From Pseudomonadota bacterium (lineage in GTDB: Bacteria > Pseudomonadota > Gammaproteobacteria > Burkholderiales > JAKAFK01): 64,000 bases of DNA. This document shows positions 22,866 to 32,869 of the stretch, piece by piece. The DNA lies in assembly GCA_021788645.1 (NCBI GenBank), contig JAJYKK010000008.1, forward strand, positions 2,072 through 66,071. The letters are read 5' to 3'. The position numbers and the translations under genes were made by a program. The first letter of the stretch is position 1. Each line of letters starts with the position of its first letter. Under the pieces are notes generated by a model that was not told the origin of the DNA, searched no databases, and worked only from the letters and a program-made list of their open reading frames with translations.

Positions 22866-23990
22866 ATGGCCGTCCAGCCGGAATACTACGTCGGGCTCAT
22901 GTCGGGCACCAGCCTGGACGGCATCGACTGCGCCCTGGTGGCGTTCGGCACGGGCCGTCCGCGCCTGGAAGCCACCCATTTCGTCCCCTATGCCCCCTCC
23001 TTGCGCGAGCGGCTGCTTGGGTTGCACACCCCGAGCCGGGACGAGCTGCACGCCGCCGCCCTCACGGCCAACGAGCTCGCACGGCATTACGCCCAGGCGG
23101 TCCTCGACCTGCTGCGACAACACGGCCTGCCGCGCTCGCGCGTGCAGGCCATCGGCTGTCACGGCCAGACGATCCGGCACCGCCCGGACGCCGGCTACAC
23201 GGTGCAACTGGGCAATGCCGCGCTGCTGGCCGAACTCACGGGAATCACCACGGTCGCCGATTTCAGGAGCCGCGACATCGCCGCCGGCGGCCAAGGCGCC
23301 CCCCTCGTGCCCGCCTTTCACGCCGCCATGTTCGCCGCCGCCGCGCACCGGGTCATCGTCAACATCGGCGGCATCGCCAATCTGACCGATTTGCCGCCCG
23401 GCGGTACGGTAAGCGGGTTCGACTGCGGACCCGGCAACCTGCTCATGGATGCCTGGGCGTTCCACCAGTTGGGGAAGGCCTATGACGAGGACGGCGCCTG
23501 GGCCGCGCAGGGGCGGGTCCTGCCCCGCCTTCTCCAGGCGCTGGCGGCCCATCCGTTCTTCCTCGAGGCGCCGCCCAAGAGCGCCGGGCGCGAGACCTTC
23601 AACCTGCCCTGGCTCATATCCCATCTGGACGGCGCGGAAGCGCCGGCCGACGTGCAAGCGACCCTGCTGGCGCTCACCGCGCGCACGATCGCACAGGCCG
23701 TCCGAACCCGCGCCCCCGCGCGCGGGGAAGTCTACTTATGCGGCGGGGGCGCGAGAAACCGGGCATTGCGCGAGGCAATCGCCCAGGCGTTGTCTCCCAT
23801 GCCGGTGGCGCTCACGGATGATCTCGGGGTGGATGCGGACTGGGTCGAGGCATTCGCCTTCGCGTGGCTGGCGCGGCAGTCGCTTCTGGGCGAACCGGGC
23901 AATCTCCCGGCCGTCACCGGGGCGCGGCATCCATGCGTGCTGGGGGCCATCCACCGCGCCGAAGGCGGATCGGGCCGCCCGACCGATTGA
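22866..23990 (+). CDS. anmK: Anhydro-N-acetylmuramic acid kinase
   Basis: GLMSGTSLDGID, GCHGQT, GGQGAPLVP, FDCGPGN. Confidence 0.96.
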   Translation: MAVQPEYYVGLMSGTSLDGIDCALVAFGTGRPRLEATHFVPYAPSLRERLLGLHTPSRDELHAAALTANELARHYAQAVLDLLRQHGLPRSRVQAIGCHGQTIRHRPDAGYTVQLGNAALLAELTGITTVADFRSRDIAAGGQGAPLVPAFHAAMFAAAAHRVIVNIGGIANLTDLPPGGTVSGFDCGPGNLLMDAWAFHQLGKAYDEDGAWAAQGRVLPRLLQALAAHPFFLEAPPKSAGRETFNLPWLISHLDGAEAPADVQATLLALTARTIAQAVRTRAPARGEVYLCGGGARNRALREAIAQALSPMPVALTDDLGVDADWVEAFAFAWLARQSLLGEPGNLPAVTGARHPCVLGAIHRAEGGSGRPTD

Positions 23991-24006
23991 GGCGGCGCAG
24001 CCGCAT

Positions 24007-24031
24007 AAAACGAAGGCGCCCGAGGCGCCTT
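24007..24031 (-). terminator. Intrinsic terminator after erpA
   Basis: AAGGCGCC-tcg-GGCGCCTT hairpin then CGTTTT; sits between convergent anmK and erpA. Confidence 0.65.
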
Positions 24032-24059
24032 GCGGAAGGTACTGCTGAGAGCAAGCTGT

Positions 24060-24410
24060 CTAGGCGGAAAACGAGGAGCCGCAACCGCAAGTGGACGTCG
24101 CGTTCGGATTCTTGATGACGAACTGCGCGCCTTCCAGGCCTTCCTGATAATCGATCTCCGCACCGACCAGATACTGGAAGCTCATGGGATCGATGAGCAG
24201 GGTCACGCCGTTTTTCTCCATCGCCGTGTCGTCTTCGTTGATCGCCTCATCAAAGGTAAAGCCATACTGGAACCCGGAACATCCGCCGCCGGTCACGAAG
24301 ACGCGCAGCTTCAAATCGGGATTGCCTTCCTCTTCGATCAACTGGCGCACCTTGGTCGCGGCGCTGTCGGTAAAGATCAGCGGGCTTTCCATTTCGGTTG
24401 CTGCATTCAT
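24060..24410 (-). CDS. erpA: Iron-sulfur cluster insertion protein
   Basis: [19 protein letters not shown]. Confidence 0.96.
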   Translation of the reverse strand: MNAATEMESPLIFTDSAATKVRQLIEEEGNPDLKLRVFVTGGGCSGFQYGFTFDEAINEDDTAMEKNGVTLLIDPMSFQYLVGAEIDYQEGLEGAQFVIKNPNATSTCGCGSSFSA

Positions 24411-24442
24411 TGTCGTACTCCTTAAGATAGCTTCAAAACCGC

Positions 24443-24473
24443 ATTATTCGATCCCGAACGACCCAGGTCAAAC
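24443..24473 (-). promoter_or_regulatory. erpA promoter, possibly with an overlapping IscR-type site
   Basis: TTGACC-N17-AATAAT; the plus strand ATCCCGAACGACCCAGGTCAA loosely resembles IscR type-1 boxes. Confidence 0.4.
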
Positions 24474-24682
24474 GGCCTGGCGTCCGCCCGGTGGCTGAGC
24501 GATACCGTCGACGACGAGCCCAGCGGAACTCCGAATAAGACCCAGGCATCCCGCGCGAAGTTCCTTCCCCGCATCCCCCTCGCGCCCGCTGCCGAACCGG
24601 CGATCGACCCAGGGGCACGCCCCCGCCTGTCTGCGACCTGGCTTCGAGACAGCATAGTCCATTCCATGGCGCGAGGCAAACC

Positions 24683-25711
24683 TCACGGCATGAGGGGCAG
24701 ATGATCCAGCCCGGTGCGCTCGGGCAGGCCGAACATCAGGTTCATGTTGTGGACCGCCTGCCCGGACGCGCCCTTGACCAGATTGTCGATCACCGACAAG
24801 ACGACAACGGTATCGCCCCCCTGCGGGCGGTGAACCGCCAGGCGGCAGGTATTCGCACTGCGCACCGAGCGCGTCTCGGGATGCGAACCGGCCGGCAGCA
24901 CGTCGACGAACGGTTCGTTTTGATAGCGCGTCGCAAAAAGCGACTGCAGGTCGACCTCTCGCGTCAGGCGCGCATACAAGGTCGCATGAATGCCCCGGAT
25001 CATGGGGGTGAGATGCGGCACGAAAGTGAGCCCCACCGGCGCCCCGGCCGCGCGTGCGAGCCCTTGGCAAATCTCGGGAAGATGGCGGTGGCCCGCCACC
25101 CCATACGCCTTGAAGTTGTCCGAGGCCTCGGCAAACAGCGTGTGGACCTCGGCCTTGCGCCCTGCCCCGCTCACCCCGGATTTCGCATCGGCGATGAGCA
25201 TCCCGACATCCACCACGCCCGCCTCGATGAGCGGCAGGAAACCGAGCTGAACCGCCGTGGGATAGCAGCCGGGATTGGCCACCAGGCGGGCGCCGCGGAT
25301 CGCTTCCCGGTTCACTTCCGGCAGTCCGTAGACGGCTTCTTGGACGAGCGCCGGACAGGCATGCCGCATCCCGTACCACTGCTCCCAGACCGCCACGTCG
25401 CGAATCCGAAAGTCGGCGGCCAGATCGATCACGCGCACGCCGGCGTCGAGCAGCGCCCGGGTCTGTTCCATCGCGATGCCGTTGGGCGTCGCGAAGAACA
25501 CCACCTCGCAGGCGCCGAGGGGGGCCGCCTGCGGGTCGCTGAACGCAAGGTCCACGCGGCCGCGCAGGCTCGGAAACATGTCCGCGACCGGCATCCCGGC
25601 TTCCTTGCGGGAAGTGATGCACAGGAGTTCGGCCTCGGGATGTTGCGCGAGCAGCCTGAGCAGTTCCACGCCGGTGTATCCGGTGCCGCCGACAATGCCG
25701 ATCCTGACCAT
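24683..25711 (-). CDS. argC: N-acetyl-gamma-glutamyl-phosphate reductase
   Basis: [26 protein letters not shown]. Confidence 0.97.
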   Translation of the reverse strand: MVRIGIVGGTGYTGVELLRLLAQHPEAELLCITSRKEAGMPVADMFPSLRGRVDLAFSDPQAAPLGACEVVFFATPNGIAMEQTRALLDAGVRVIDLAADFRIRDVAVWEQWYGMRHACPALVQEAVYGLPEVNREAIRGARLVANPGCYPTAVQLGFLPLIEAGVVDVGMLIADAKSGVSGAGRKAEVHTLFAEASDNFKAYGVAGHRHLPEICQGLARAAGAPVGLTFVPHLTPMIRGIHATLYARLTREVDLQSLFATRYQNEPFVDVLPAGSHPETRSVRSANTCRLAVHRPQGGDTVVVLSVIDNLVKGASGQAVHNMNLMFGLPERTGLDHLPLMP

Positions 25712-25815
25712 CCATGAATCCTCGCGAGGACGCCGCTGCGTTCAGGACGACGGAATGGCCCGCAGTCCACGCAGGGCGCCGAGGGATCGATGAGGCCCCA
25801 AACCGCCTCGCCGAT

Positions 25816-25840
25816 AAAAAAGCCGCCCGGAGGCGGCTTC
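25816..25840 (-). terminator. Intrinsic terminator of rplM-rpsI
   Basis: AAGCCGCC-tccg-GGCGGCTT followed by a T-tract. Confidence 0.8.
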
Positions 25841-25861
25841 GTGGCGCAGCTGCAACGCCGC

Positions 25862-26254
25862 CTAGCGCTTGGAGAACTGCTTGCGTCGGCGGGCCTTGTG
25901 CAGGCCGACTTTCTTGCGTTCGACTTCCCGCGCATCCCGAGTCACCAATCCCGCGCTCCGCAGGACCGTCTTCAGGCTCGGATCGTATTCGATCAGGGCG
26001 CGGGTGATGCCATGGCGAACGGCGCCCGCTTGGCCGGATTCGCCCCCGCCTTCCACATTGACGAGAATGTCGAAGGCGCTTTCATTCTTGGTGAGCTCCA
26101 GCGGTTGGCGCACGACCATGCGGCCCGTCTCGCGAGAGAAGTAGACATCGACCGGTTTGTCGTTGACGACGATGTTGCCGCGTCCCGGCTTGATGAAGAC
26201 CCTGGCGACCGCTTCCTTGCGCCGTCCGGTTCCGTAATGGTATTTTCCGATCAT
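25862..26254 (-). CDS. rpsI: 30S ribosomal protein S9
   Basis: GTGRRK...[19 protein letters not shown]. Confidence 0.98.
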   Translation of the reverse strand: MIGKYHYGTGRRKEAVARVFIKPGRGNIVVNDKPVDVYFSRETGRMVVRQPLELTKNESAFDILVNVEGGGESGQAGAVRHGITRALIEYDPSLKTVLRSAGLVTRDAREVERKKVGLHKARRRKQFSKR

Positions 26255-26266
26255 GGCTTCGCGTCC

Positions 26267-26695
26267 TCAGATTTCCAATGCCTTGGGCTGTTGCGCCGCG
26301 TGCGGATGCTCGCCCCCCTTGTAGCACTTGAGCTTCTTCAGCATCGCGTAGCCCAGCGGGCCCTTCGGCAACATGCCCTTGACGGCCTTTTCCAGCACAC
26401 GTCCCGGGAAGCGCGCCTGCAGCTTGGTGAAGTTGGTCTCGAAGATCCCGCCCGGATAGCCGCTGTGGCGATAATACATCTTGTCCTGAGCCTTGTTGCC
26501 GGTGACGCGAAGCCTCTCGACGTTGACCACCACGATGTAGTCGCCGGTATCAACGTGCGGCGTGAATTCAGGTTTGTGCTTTCCGCGAAGACGGTGGGCA
26601 ATCTGGGCAGCCAAACGCCCGAGCACCTTGTCCGTGGCATCGACCACGTACCAGTCCCGCTTCACTTCGTGCGGTTTTGCAGAAAAGGTTTTCAT
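26267..26695 (-). CDS. rplM: 50S ribosomal protein L13
   Basis: LGRLA...[15 protein letters not shown]...HPHAAQQP. Confidence 0.98.
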   Translation of the reverse strand: MKTFSAKPHEVKRDWYVVDATDKVLGRLAAQIAHRLRGKHKPEFTPHVDTGDYIVVVNVERLRVTGNKAQDKMYYRHSGYPGGIFETNFTKLQARFPGRVLEKAVKGMLPKGPLGYAMLKKLKCYKGGEHPHAAQQPKALEI

Positions 26696-26737
26696 GGTGA
26701 AACCCCGGTAACCAAATGTCTTGAGAGAAAGAGCGGC

Positions 26738-26767
26738 ATTTTATGCGGAGATGGCGGCCGCTGTCAA
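26738..26767 (-). promoter_or_regulatory. rplM-rpsI sigma-70 promoter
   Basis: TTGACA-N18-TAAAAT followed by a GC-rich discriminator. Confidence 0.65.
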
Positions 26768-26898
26768 CGATAGATTGCTACCGCTTCCGGTGATCAGGGC
26801 CATGGCGGCGGGACACCTTACCTCTCATCTTACCAGAACCGGCCCCAGGTGCGCGCCCTGCCCTGTCGACGTGCGCCACCGACGCCGCGCCCAGGCAT

Positions 26899-26997
26899 AA
26901 AAAAGGCGCGGTTCAAATATGACCGCGCCGAATCCACCAAAGAGGAGGATGGAGGAGACACATCGTGAACGCCTGAGCAGCCAAACGCTCACCATGT
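26899..26997 (-). ncRNA. Small RNA with a CU-rich anti-Shine-Dalgarno seed (resembles the Betaproteobacteria toxic sRNA family)
   Basis: 5' hairpin GTGAGCGTTTG/CAGGCGTTCAC, core TGTCTCCTCCATCCTCCTCTTT, terminator GGCGCGGT..ACCGCGCC-T6, and its own promoter. Confidence 0.75.
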
Positions 26998-27003
26998 ATA
27001 AGC

Positions 27004-27032
27004 ATCCTAGAATATAAGCATCTAATAGGCAA
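27004..27032 (-). promoter_or_regulatory. sRNA promoter overlapped by GATGCTTATA direct repeats
   Basis: TTGCCT-N17-TAGGAT; 10-bp repeat at 26997-27006 and 27013-27022. Confidence 0.65.
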
Positions 27033-27346
27033 GTTTCGCGTGTCGAGAACATAGAGAACAAATACACCGCCCGGGTCTGGCGCCAGTGATCTGGCCGGTT
27101 TTATGCTTTGTCCGGGGCGGCACGGCCCGCACGCGATCGAGAGGCCCTCTCGGCCGTCCAGTCGGTTGCCCGGGAGTGCGTTGCGCCTTGCGATGCATGC
27201 CCGGAAGGAACGCAACGCCTTGCGCCGTCCGGCGCGACATAGTCCCTTGTAATACTATATATTTCTATAAGGGATCCCATTCTCTTCAAACGCCTGCGCC
27301 CCACTCGCGGAAGCCGGGCGGCCAGAAGGCCGGGCCAGGGGAAAAC

Positions 27347-29824
27347 GTGACACCATCGTCCAACGCTGCCGACACCGGCCGTGCGGCCTCTGCGCGGCGC
27401 TCGGCCTTCCGTCGGGTGCTCTCGGGCACCATTGCAGGCGTCCTCTCGCTCAACCTCTTCGTCATCGGGCTCGCGGTCTACACGCTCCATCGCAGCAGGG
27501 AGCTGTATCTCCGTCAGACCGAGGTCAACGTCAAGAATCTCTCGACGATTCTCGCAGCGGACGTCGGGGGCCTCATGGGGGACATCACCCTGACCTTGCA
27601 GAACATCGGCGACGAAGCGCAGCGCGAACTCGCGAGCGGCGGCCTAAGCGGTCCCGTCATGACCGCCTTCCTCCGGCGCGCGGCCGCGCGCCTGCCCCAG
27701 GCCAGAGGGCTGTGCCTGGCCGATGCGCAGGGACGGCTGCGCTATTCGGCTCACCGCCTGGTGCCGCCCACTCCTCCGGTCACCCGCCGGCCGTTCTTCG
27801 CTTATGCGCGCACCCACGCCGAGCCGCGCGTGTTCATTGGGCATCCGGTCCAAGGGCGCCGAGCCGGGCAATGGGTCCTTCTGGTGCCGAGCCGCTTCAC
27901 GGCGCCCGACGGCGCGCTGGGCGGCGTCGTGGTGGCATCGATCCCGGCCGCCGATCTTTTGCATCGGCTGTCCGAGATCGACGTCGGCGCCCATGGCGTG
28001 GTGGTCCTCTTTCAGATCGATGACGGTCGGCTGCAGATCCTCGCCCGCCATACGCCCATCGCCCCGAACGGCAGCGTGCTCGGTCAAGCCAAGGTCGCCC
28101 CGATGTTGCTCTCGCTCCTCGCGGCGGGCAAGCAGTGGGCCGTCTATCACACGCACTCGGGCGCCGACCACGTGCTGCGGACACTCGCCTTCCGCCGGAT
28201 CCCCGGGCTGCCGCTTCTGGTCGTGGTCGGCATCGCCGACCAGGATGCGCTCGCGGCCTGGCGGCGTGAGGAAGTCGTGGTCACGCTCTATGCGGCGTTC
28301 TTCGTTCTCGGCACCGTCCTGGTCAGCGGCCTGTCCCTGCGTGGATTCCGCCAGCGGCTCGCCGCCCGCGACATCGCCTCGCGCAAGGCGGCGAGCTACA
28401 TGGCCGCCTTGCAGGAGGCGAGGGCCGAGTCCGAAGCGGCGCGACTGCGCAGCGAGCTCATCCTCGCCTCGGCCGGCGAAGGTATCTGCGGCATCGACCC
28501 TCGGGGCAACGTCATGTTCAGCAACCCGGCGGCCCAAGCGATGTTCGGTTGGGAAGACGATGGCGCGGGACTCGACCTGCATGAGGAAACGCACCATCAC
28601 CACCCCGATGGCACGGCCTACCCGGCCTCGGAGTGCCTGATTCTGCAAACCCTGCGCGATGGGCAAACGCGGCGTGTCCACGATGAGCTTTATTGGCGCC
28701 GCGATGGCTCGTCCTTTCCCGTGGAATACACCTCGACGCCGATCATCCAGGAAGGCATGATCCGGGGCGCGGTCAATGTGTTCCGCGACGTGACCGTCGC
28801 CAAAGCCGTGCAGGATGAGCTCGCGTTCACCAACAACAGCTTGCGCCTCCTGAGCGAATTGGCCACCTTGAGCGACCTCGGCCAGACGCGCAAAATCGCC
28901 CTGGCCCTCGACAAGGCCCGCCGCCATCTGGGTCTCGAGATCGGCGTCATGAGCCGCGCGGCGGACAGCGGGTTCATCGTCGAAGAATGCGTCGGCTCCC
29001 CATGCCCTGAGGGCAAAGGAACCCGCATCAGCACGCTGGACGCCGACTGCTCGCCCCTTCAGGAGAAAGGCGTCCTCGCCCTCCGCGCCATCGCGCAGGG
29101 CGCACCCGCAGGCGTGCCCACCGCGCCGCGGCCCTGGGCCGCCTACATCGGGGTACCCCTGGACGTGCACGGACGCGTCTACGGCGTGCTGGGTTTTGCT
29201 TCCACCACGCCGTTTCCGCGCGAGTTTACGGCGGCTGACCGGGAATTCATGCGCCTTCTGGGGCGCTGGGTGGGCTCGACCCTCGCGGAAGAGGAAACCC
29301 GCGCCCAGCTCGAATATCTCGCCACCACCGACGAGCTGACGGGGATCGCCAACCGGCGCCGCTTCATGGCGCTGGCGCAGCGCGAGTTCGAGCGCTCGCG
29401 GCGCTATGGCCGATCCCTCGCGCTCCTGATGCTGGACGTCGACTTCTTCAAGGGGGTCAACGACACCTATGGCCATGCCGCGGGGGACGTCGCACTGGCG
29501 GCCGTGACCCAGGCGATCCAGGAGAAGCTGCGCGGCGCGGATGCCTTCGGACGCCTCGGGGGCGAAGAATTTGCCGTGCTGCTCGCCGAAACCGATGCGA
29601 CCGGTGCCTGCGAGTTGGCCGAAAGGCTGCGCGCGGCGGTCGAAGGCCTCGCCATCCCCAACGACGGCGAGACGATCCGCCTGACCATCAGCATCGGCGT
29701 CGCGGAAATCAACGGCGACGAGGATGTCGAGCAACTCCTGCGCCGCGCCGACCTCGCCCTCTATGGCGCGAAGAAGAGCGGGCGCAACCGGGTCGTCGCC
29801 AGCCCGGAGGACAAGGCTTCCTGA
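27347..29824 (+). CDS. Membrane diguanylate cyclase (Cache-PAS-GAF-GGDEF)
   Basis: Two TM helices around a periplasmic domain, PAS (EGICGID...RRDGSSFPVEY), GAF, DELTGIANRR, DVDFFK, RGAD I-site, GGEEF. Confidence 0.92.
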   Translation: MTPSSNAADTGRAASARRSAFRRVLSGTIAGVLSLNLFVIGLAVYTLHRSRELYLRQTEVNVKNLSTILAADVGGLMGDITLTLQNIGDEAQRELASGGLSGPVMTAFLRRAAARLPQARGLCLADAQGRLRYSAHRLVPPTPPVTRRPFFAYARTHAEPRVFIGHPVQGRRAGQWVLLVPSRFTAPDGALGGVVVASIPAADLLHRLSEIDVGAHGVVVLFQIDDGRLQILARHTPIAPNGSVLGQAKVAPMLLSLLAAGKQWAVYHTHSGADHVLRTLAFRRIPGLPLLVVVGIADQDALAAWRREEVVVTLYAAFFVLGTVLVSGLSLRGFRQRLAARDIASRKAASYMAALQEARAESEAARLRSELILASAGEGICGIDPRGNVMFSNPAAQAMFGWEDDGAGLDLHEETHHHHPDGTAYPASECLILQTLRDGQTRRVHDELYWRRDGSSFPVEYTSTPIIQEGMIRGAVNVFRDVTVAKAVQDELAFTNNSLRLLSELATLSDLGQTRKIALALDKARRHLGLEIGVMSRAADSGFIVEECVGSPCPEGKGTRISTLDADCSPLQEKGVLALRAIAQGAPAGVPTAPRPWAAYIGVPLDVHGRVYGVLGFASTTPFPREFTAADREFMRLLGRWVGSTLAEEETRAQLEYLATTDELTGIANRRRFMALAQREFERSRRYGRSLALLMLDVDFFKGVNDTYGHAAGDVALAAVTQAIQEKLRGADAFGRLGGEEFAVLLAETDATGACELAERLRAAVEGLAIPNDGETIRLTISIGVAEINGDEDVEQLLRRADLALYGAKKSGRNRVVASPEDKAS

Positions 29825-29936
29825 CGCCGCCGGGCCCATCCAAACGACGCGTCCCGAGAGCGCCCGAGCCACCCAAGAACCCCGTCTGCCGCCGAATCTG
29901 CTACCATTGGGCGACAAGAACAGGGGGAATCAAGCC

Positions 29937-30353
29937 ATGCATGCACGCGTCAAATGGGTGGAGGGGATGTCGTTCCTGGGACAATCGGAGAGCGGGCACT
30001 CCGTTTTGATGGACGGTGCGCCGGAGGCCGGCGGCCGGAACATGGGGCTGCGCCCGATGGAGGCGGTCCTGATCGGCACGGGCGGATGCACCTCCTTCGA
30101 CGTCGTGCATATCCTGAAAAAAGCGCGCCAGGAGATTACCGACTGCATCGCGGAAATCGATGCGGAACGTGCCGAGACCGATCCCAAGGTGTTCACCCGC
30201 ATCCACTTCCATTTCATCGTCAAGGGCAAGAACCTGAAGCCCGAACAGGTCGAACGCGCGATCCACCTGTCGGCAGAAAAATATTGTTCGGCGTCCATCA
30301 TGCTCGGCAAGACCGCCGCCGTGACGCACGACTTCGAGATTGTCGAGAGCTGA
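29937..30353 (+). CDS. OsmC/YhfA family protein
   Basis: RPME..LIGTGGCTSFDV, SAEKYCSASIML. Confidence 0.92.
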   Translation: MHARVKWVEGMSFLGQSESGHSVLMDGAPEAGGRNMGLRPMEAVLIGTGGCTSFDVVHILKKARQEITDCIAEIDAERAETDPKVFTRIHFHFIVKGKNLKPEQVERAIHLSAEKYCSASIMLGKTAAVTHDFEIVES

Positions 30354-30400
30354 CGATTCGCCTGCCGCGTCGCTCACCCGCACCGCTTGGCTTGCGACCG

Positions 30401-30431
30401 AAGAGAGACTCAACCCACCGGGTTGAGTCTC
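30401..30431. terminator. Perfect 12-bp hairpin, probable (bidirectional) terminator
   Basis: GAGACTCAACCC-acc-GGGTTGAGTCTC between convergent transcription units. Confidence 0.7.
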
Positions 30432-30727
30432 GTTGGATCATCGCATGCCGCCCATGAAGTTCGGCGGCTGGGTCTTCTTGCCGGTGAGTTTGCCGTTCCC
30501 GAGGCTTTCGACCGAATAGGTAGCAACGAGGTTGCCGTCAAGCGGAGGCGGGGCCGGTACGGAGGGCCTGGCGCTTTTCCGGCACCTTCGCCGCGGCGAT
30601 CCGGATAGGACGGCGACGCGATCGCCCGAACGGTTCGGAACCCAACCCGCGCGAAGCCGAGCGAGTCGGCGGCCCTCAACCCCCAAGATATGCCAACCGC
30701 GCGCGAAATCCGCGTCGGCGCAGGAAC

Positions 30728-31354
30728 TCACACCCAAAACGCGGTTTTCGTCATCACCTTGGAGCCAAGCTTCATGGCGAGCGTCACGGGCAGCGGCAGC
30801 GGCGCGCCCCCCAGGGCGCGCGCGGTGTCGGCATGTCCCCGCTCGTCGAGCTTCATCTGCTGCAAGACCGCCTGGCTCTTGGCATCCTCGCGCGGCAGAC
30901 GCGCCAAATGGCGTTCCAGATGGCGCTCCACCTGCCGCTCGGTTTCCGCCAGAAAACCCAGGTTCCACTGGTCGCCCAGCGCCCCGGCGGCGGCACCGAC
31001 GGCAAGCGAGGCGCCATACCACAGCGGATTCAAGACGCTTTTGCGCCCCCCCAGGGCCGCGATGCGCCGCTCGCACCACGCCAGATGCTCCGTTTCATCC
31101 CAGGCCGCCTTCTCCAGCGCCGTCTGGATCCGGGGCTCGCGCGCGGTCATCGCCTGGCCCTGATAAAGGGCCTGGGCGCACACCTCCCCAGCGTGATTCA
31201 CCCGCATCAACGCCCCGGCAAGGTGCCGCTCATCCTCCGTCAGGGCAGGTTCCGGCAAGTCCTCGCCGGGCATGCCGCGCACGGTGCGCGCCGGCGCAAA
31301 CAGGGTACGCAGCCCCTGATCGAAGTGCATGATGAGTCGGTCGATAGCTAGCAT
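30728..31354 (-). CDS. coq7: Demethoxyubiquinone hydroxylase (diiron)
   Basis: [38 protein letters not shown]. Confidence 0.95.
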   Translation of the reverse strand: MLAIDRLIMHFDQGLRTLFAPARTVRGMPGEDLPEPALTEDERHLAGALMRVNHAGEVCAQALYQGQAMTAREPRIQTALEKAAWDETEHLAWCERRIAALGGRKSVLNPLWYGASLAVGAAAGALGDQWNLGFLAETERQVERHLERHLARLPREDAKSQAVLQQMKLDERGHADTARALGGAPLPLPVTLAMKLGSKVMTKTAFWV

Positions 31355-32559
31355 CGTCCTTTGAATCCCAAGGTCTGTGCGATCAACGTGACGGGGTGCA
31401 CCACCGGAAGGTCGAGCCCGCGCGCGGCGAGGCCGTGCGCCAGCCAAACCCGGCACCCCACGTTCGCGGTCACCACGTATTGCGCCCCGCTTTTGGCAAT
31501 CGCTTCTATTTTATCATCCCGCAACCGGCCCGCCATCGCAGGCTCCGTCAGGAAGTACGTCCCCGCCGCCCCGCAGCACTGGTCGTTCCCCTCGAGAGGC
31601 ACGATGCGCGCGCCGGGAACGCGCCCCAGCAGCCCATAGACATGCGATTCCCCGCGCAAGACATTGCGGAGCGTGCACGGCTCATGGACCGCAATGGTCG
31701 CCGAGAGCGGCGCCCGTTCGATGCCCTCCCATCCTTCCGAGCGATCCAGGAAGGCATGAATGTCCATGTGGGAAAAGGCACCCGCGGCACCCTTGCCCTC
31801 GTATTCGGAGAGGGTGGCCCCGCAACCGGAAGCCGTGGATAGAACGGGAAGGCCGGCATCCGCAAAAACGGAGCGATTTTTCTGGGCGAGCGCATGGGCC
31901 TGCGCGAGTTCCCCGGTATGCTGGTGCAACGCCCCGCAGCAGACCTGTCCTGGCGGAACGACCACGGTGTAGCCCAGGCGATTGAGGACAAAGACGCTCG
32001 CCGAGAGCGTCTCGGCGTCCCAGGCACGGGCCACGCAGCCCAGAAACAGCGAGACTCGGCCGCGCTCCGGACCTCGCGCAGGATAATTCGCTCGCGTCGG
32101 CATGCGCGCCCCCCGGCCCCAAGCATCCCGATTGCCGGGAAGTCCCACCCGGCGCCCCAGGCGCGAGCCCGACAATACGCGTGCGCCGCGCGAGAGCAGG
32201 GCCAACCGGGCAGGACTCGCGACGAAGCGCTTCAAGAGCCGAACGGACCACGGCCGGCGAGGCCGCAGCGTCTGTTCGATGCGTTCGCGCACCCCGTCCA
32301 CCAGCGAACCGAAGGCGACCCGCGAGGGACATGCCCGCTCGCAGGCGCGGCATGTGAGACACAATTCGATATGCTGGACAAAGCGCGCATTGAGGGGAAG
32401 ACGGCCTTCCAGCACGCCCTTCATGAGCATCACCCGGCCACGCGGCGAATCGGATTCCAAGAGGGTCTGGCGGTAGGTCGGACACCTTGGGACACACAAT
32501 CCGCAGGCCACGCAACGATTCGCCTCAGCAAGGAGCGCGTCGGTTTCCGACAGGGACAT
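31348..32559 (-). CDS. GlcF-like Fe-S oxidoreductase (2x[4Fe-4S] plus two CCG domains)
   Basis: [36 protein letters not shown] (twice), HEPC. Confidence 0.9.
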   Translation of the reverse strand: MSLSETDALLAEANRCVACGLCVPRCPTYRQTLLESDSPRGRVMLMKGVLEGRLPLNARFVQHIELCLTCRACERACPSRVAFGSLVDGVRERIEQTLRPRRPWSVRLLKRFVASPARLALLSRGARVLSGSRLGRRVGLPGNRDAWGRGARMPTRANYPARGPERGRVSLFLGCVARAWDAETLSASVFVLNRLGYTVVVPPGQVCCGALHQHTGELAQAHALAQKNRSVFADAGLPVLSTASGCGATLSEYEGKGAAGAFSHMDIHAFLDRSEGWEGIERAPLSATIAVHEPCTLRNVLRGESHVYGLLGRVPGARIVPLEGNDQCCGAAGTYFLTEPAMAGRLRDDKIEAIAKSGAQYVVTANVGCRVWLAHGLAARGLDLPVVHPVTLIAQTLGFKGRC

Positions 32560-32800
32560 GGGGCAAGCCTTACCGGCAGAATCGGGACAAGAAGAAGCGG
32601 TGCGCCGGGCGCGGCCATCCGCCCCGCCCCGCCGCACGCATCGAGGCCATGCCACGGCGGCGACGATGCCTTGCGCGGGCACGCTTCCCCGACGCATGGG
32701 CACCACAATATCAGGGGGTCTTCCGCATTGCAAGGCACGGCCCTGCCGAGCGCCCGTGCAGCCCTGCAGCCCTGCAGCTCGCGCGCACAGGCGGCCCCCG

Positions 32801-32830
32801 AAACAAAGACGGGCGCCCGAAGGCGCCCGC
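32801..32830 (-). terminator. Intrinsic terminator of the porin gene
   Basis: CGGGCGCC-ttcg-GGCGCCCG then TCTTTGTTT. Confidence 0.75.
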
Positions 32831-32869
32831 CGAAACGATGCTAACTCAGCTTTTTGTTGTTAAGCCAAC

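Noticed and set aside
26825-27067. 80-aa hydrophobic ORF
   Set aside because: It runs through a promoter, an sRNA-like body and an intrinsic terminator on the same strand, and its codon usage is atypical.
30460-30535. Resemblance to a c-di-GMP-I (GEMM) riboswitch (CGAAAG...GGGAACGGCAAA)
   Set aside because: The P1/P2 pairings cannot be built convincingly and no gene lies downstream on that strand; cmscan would settle it.
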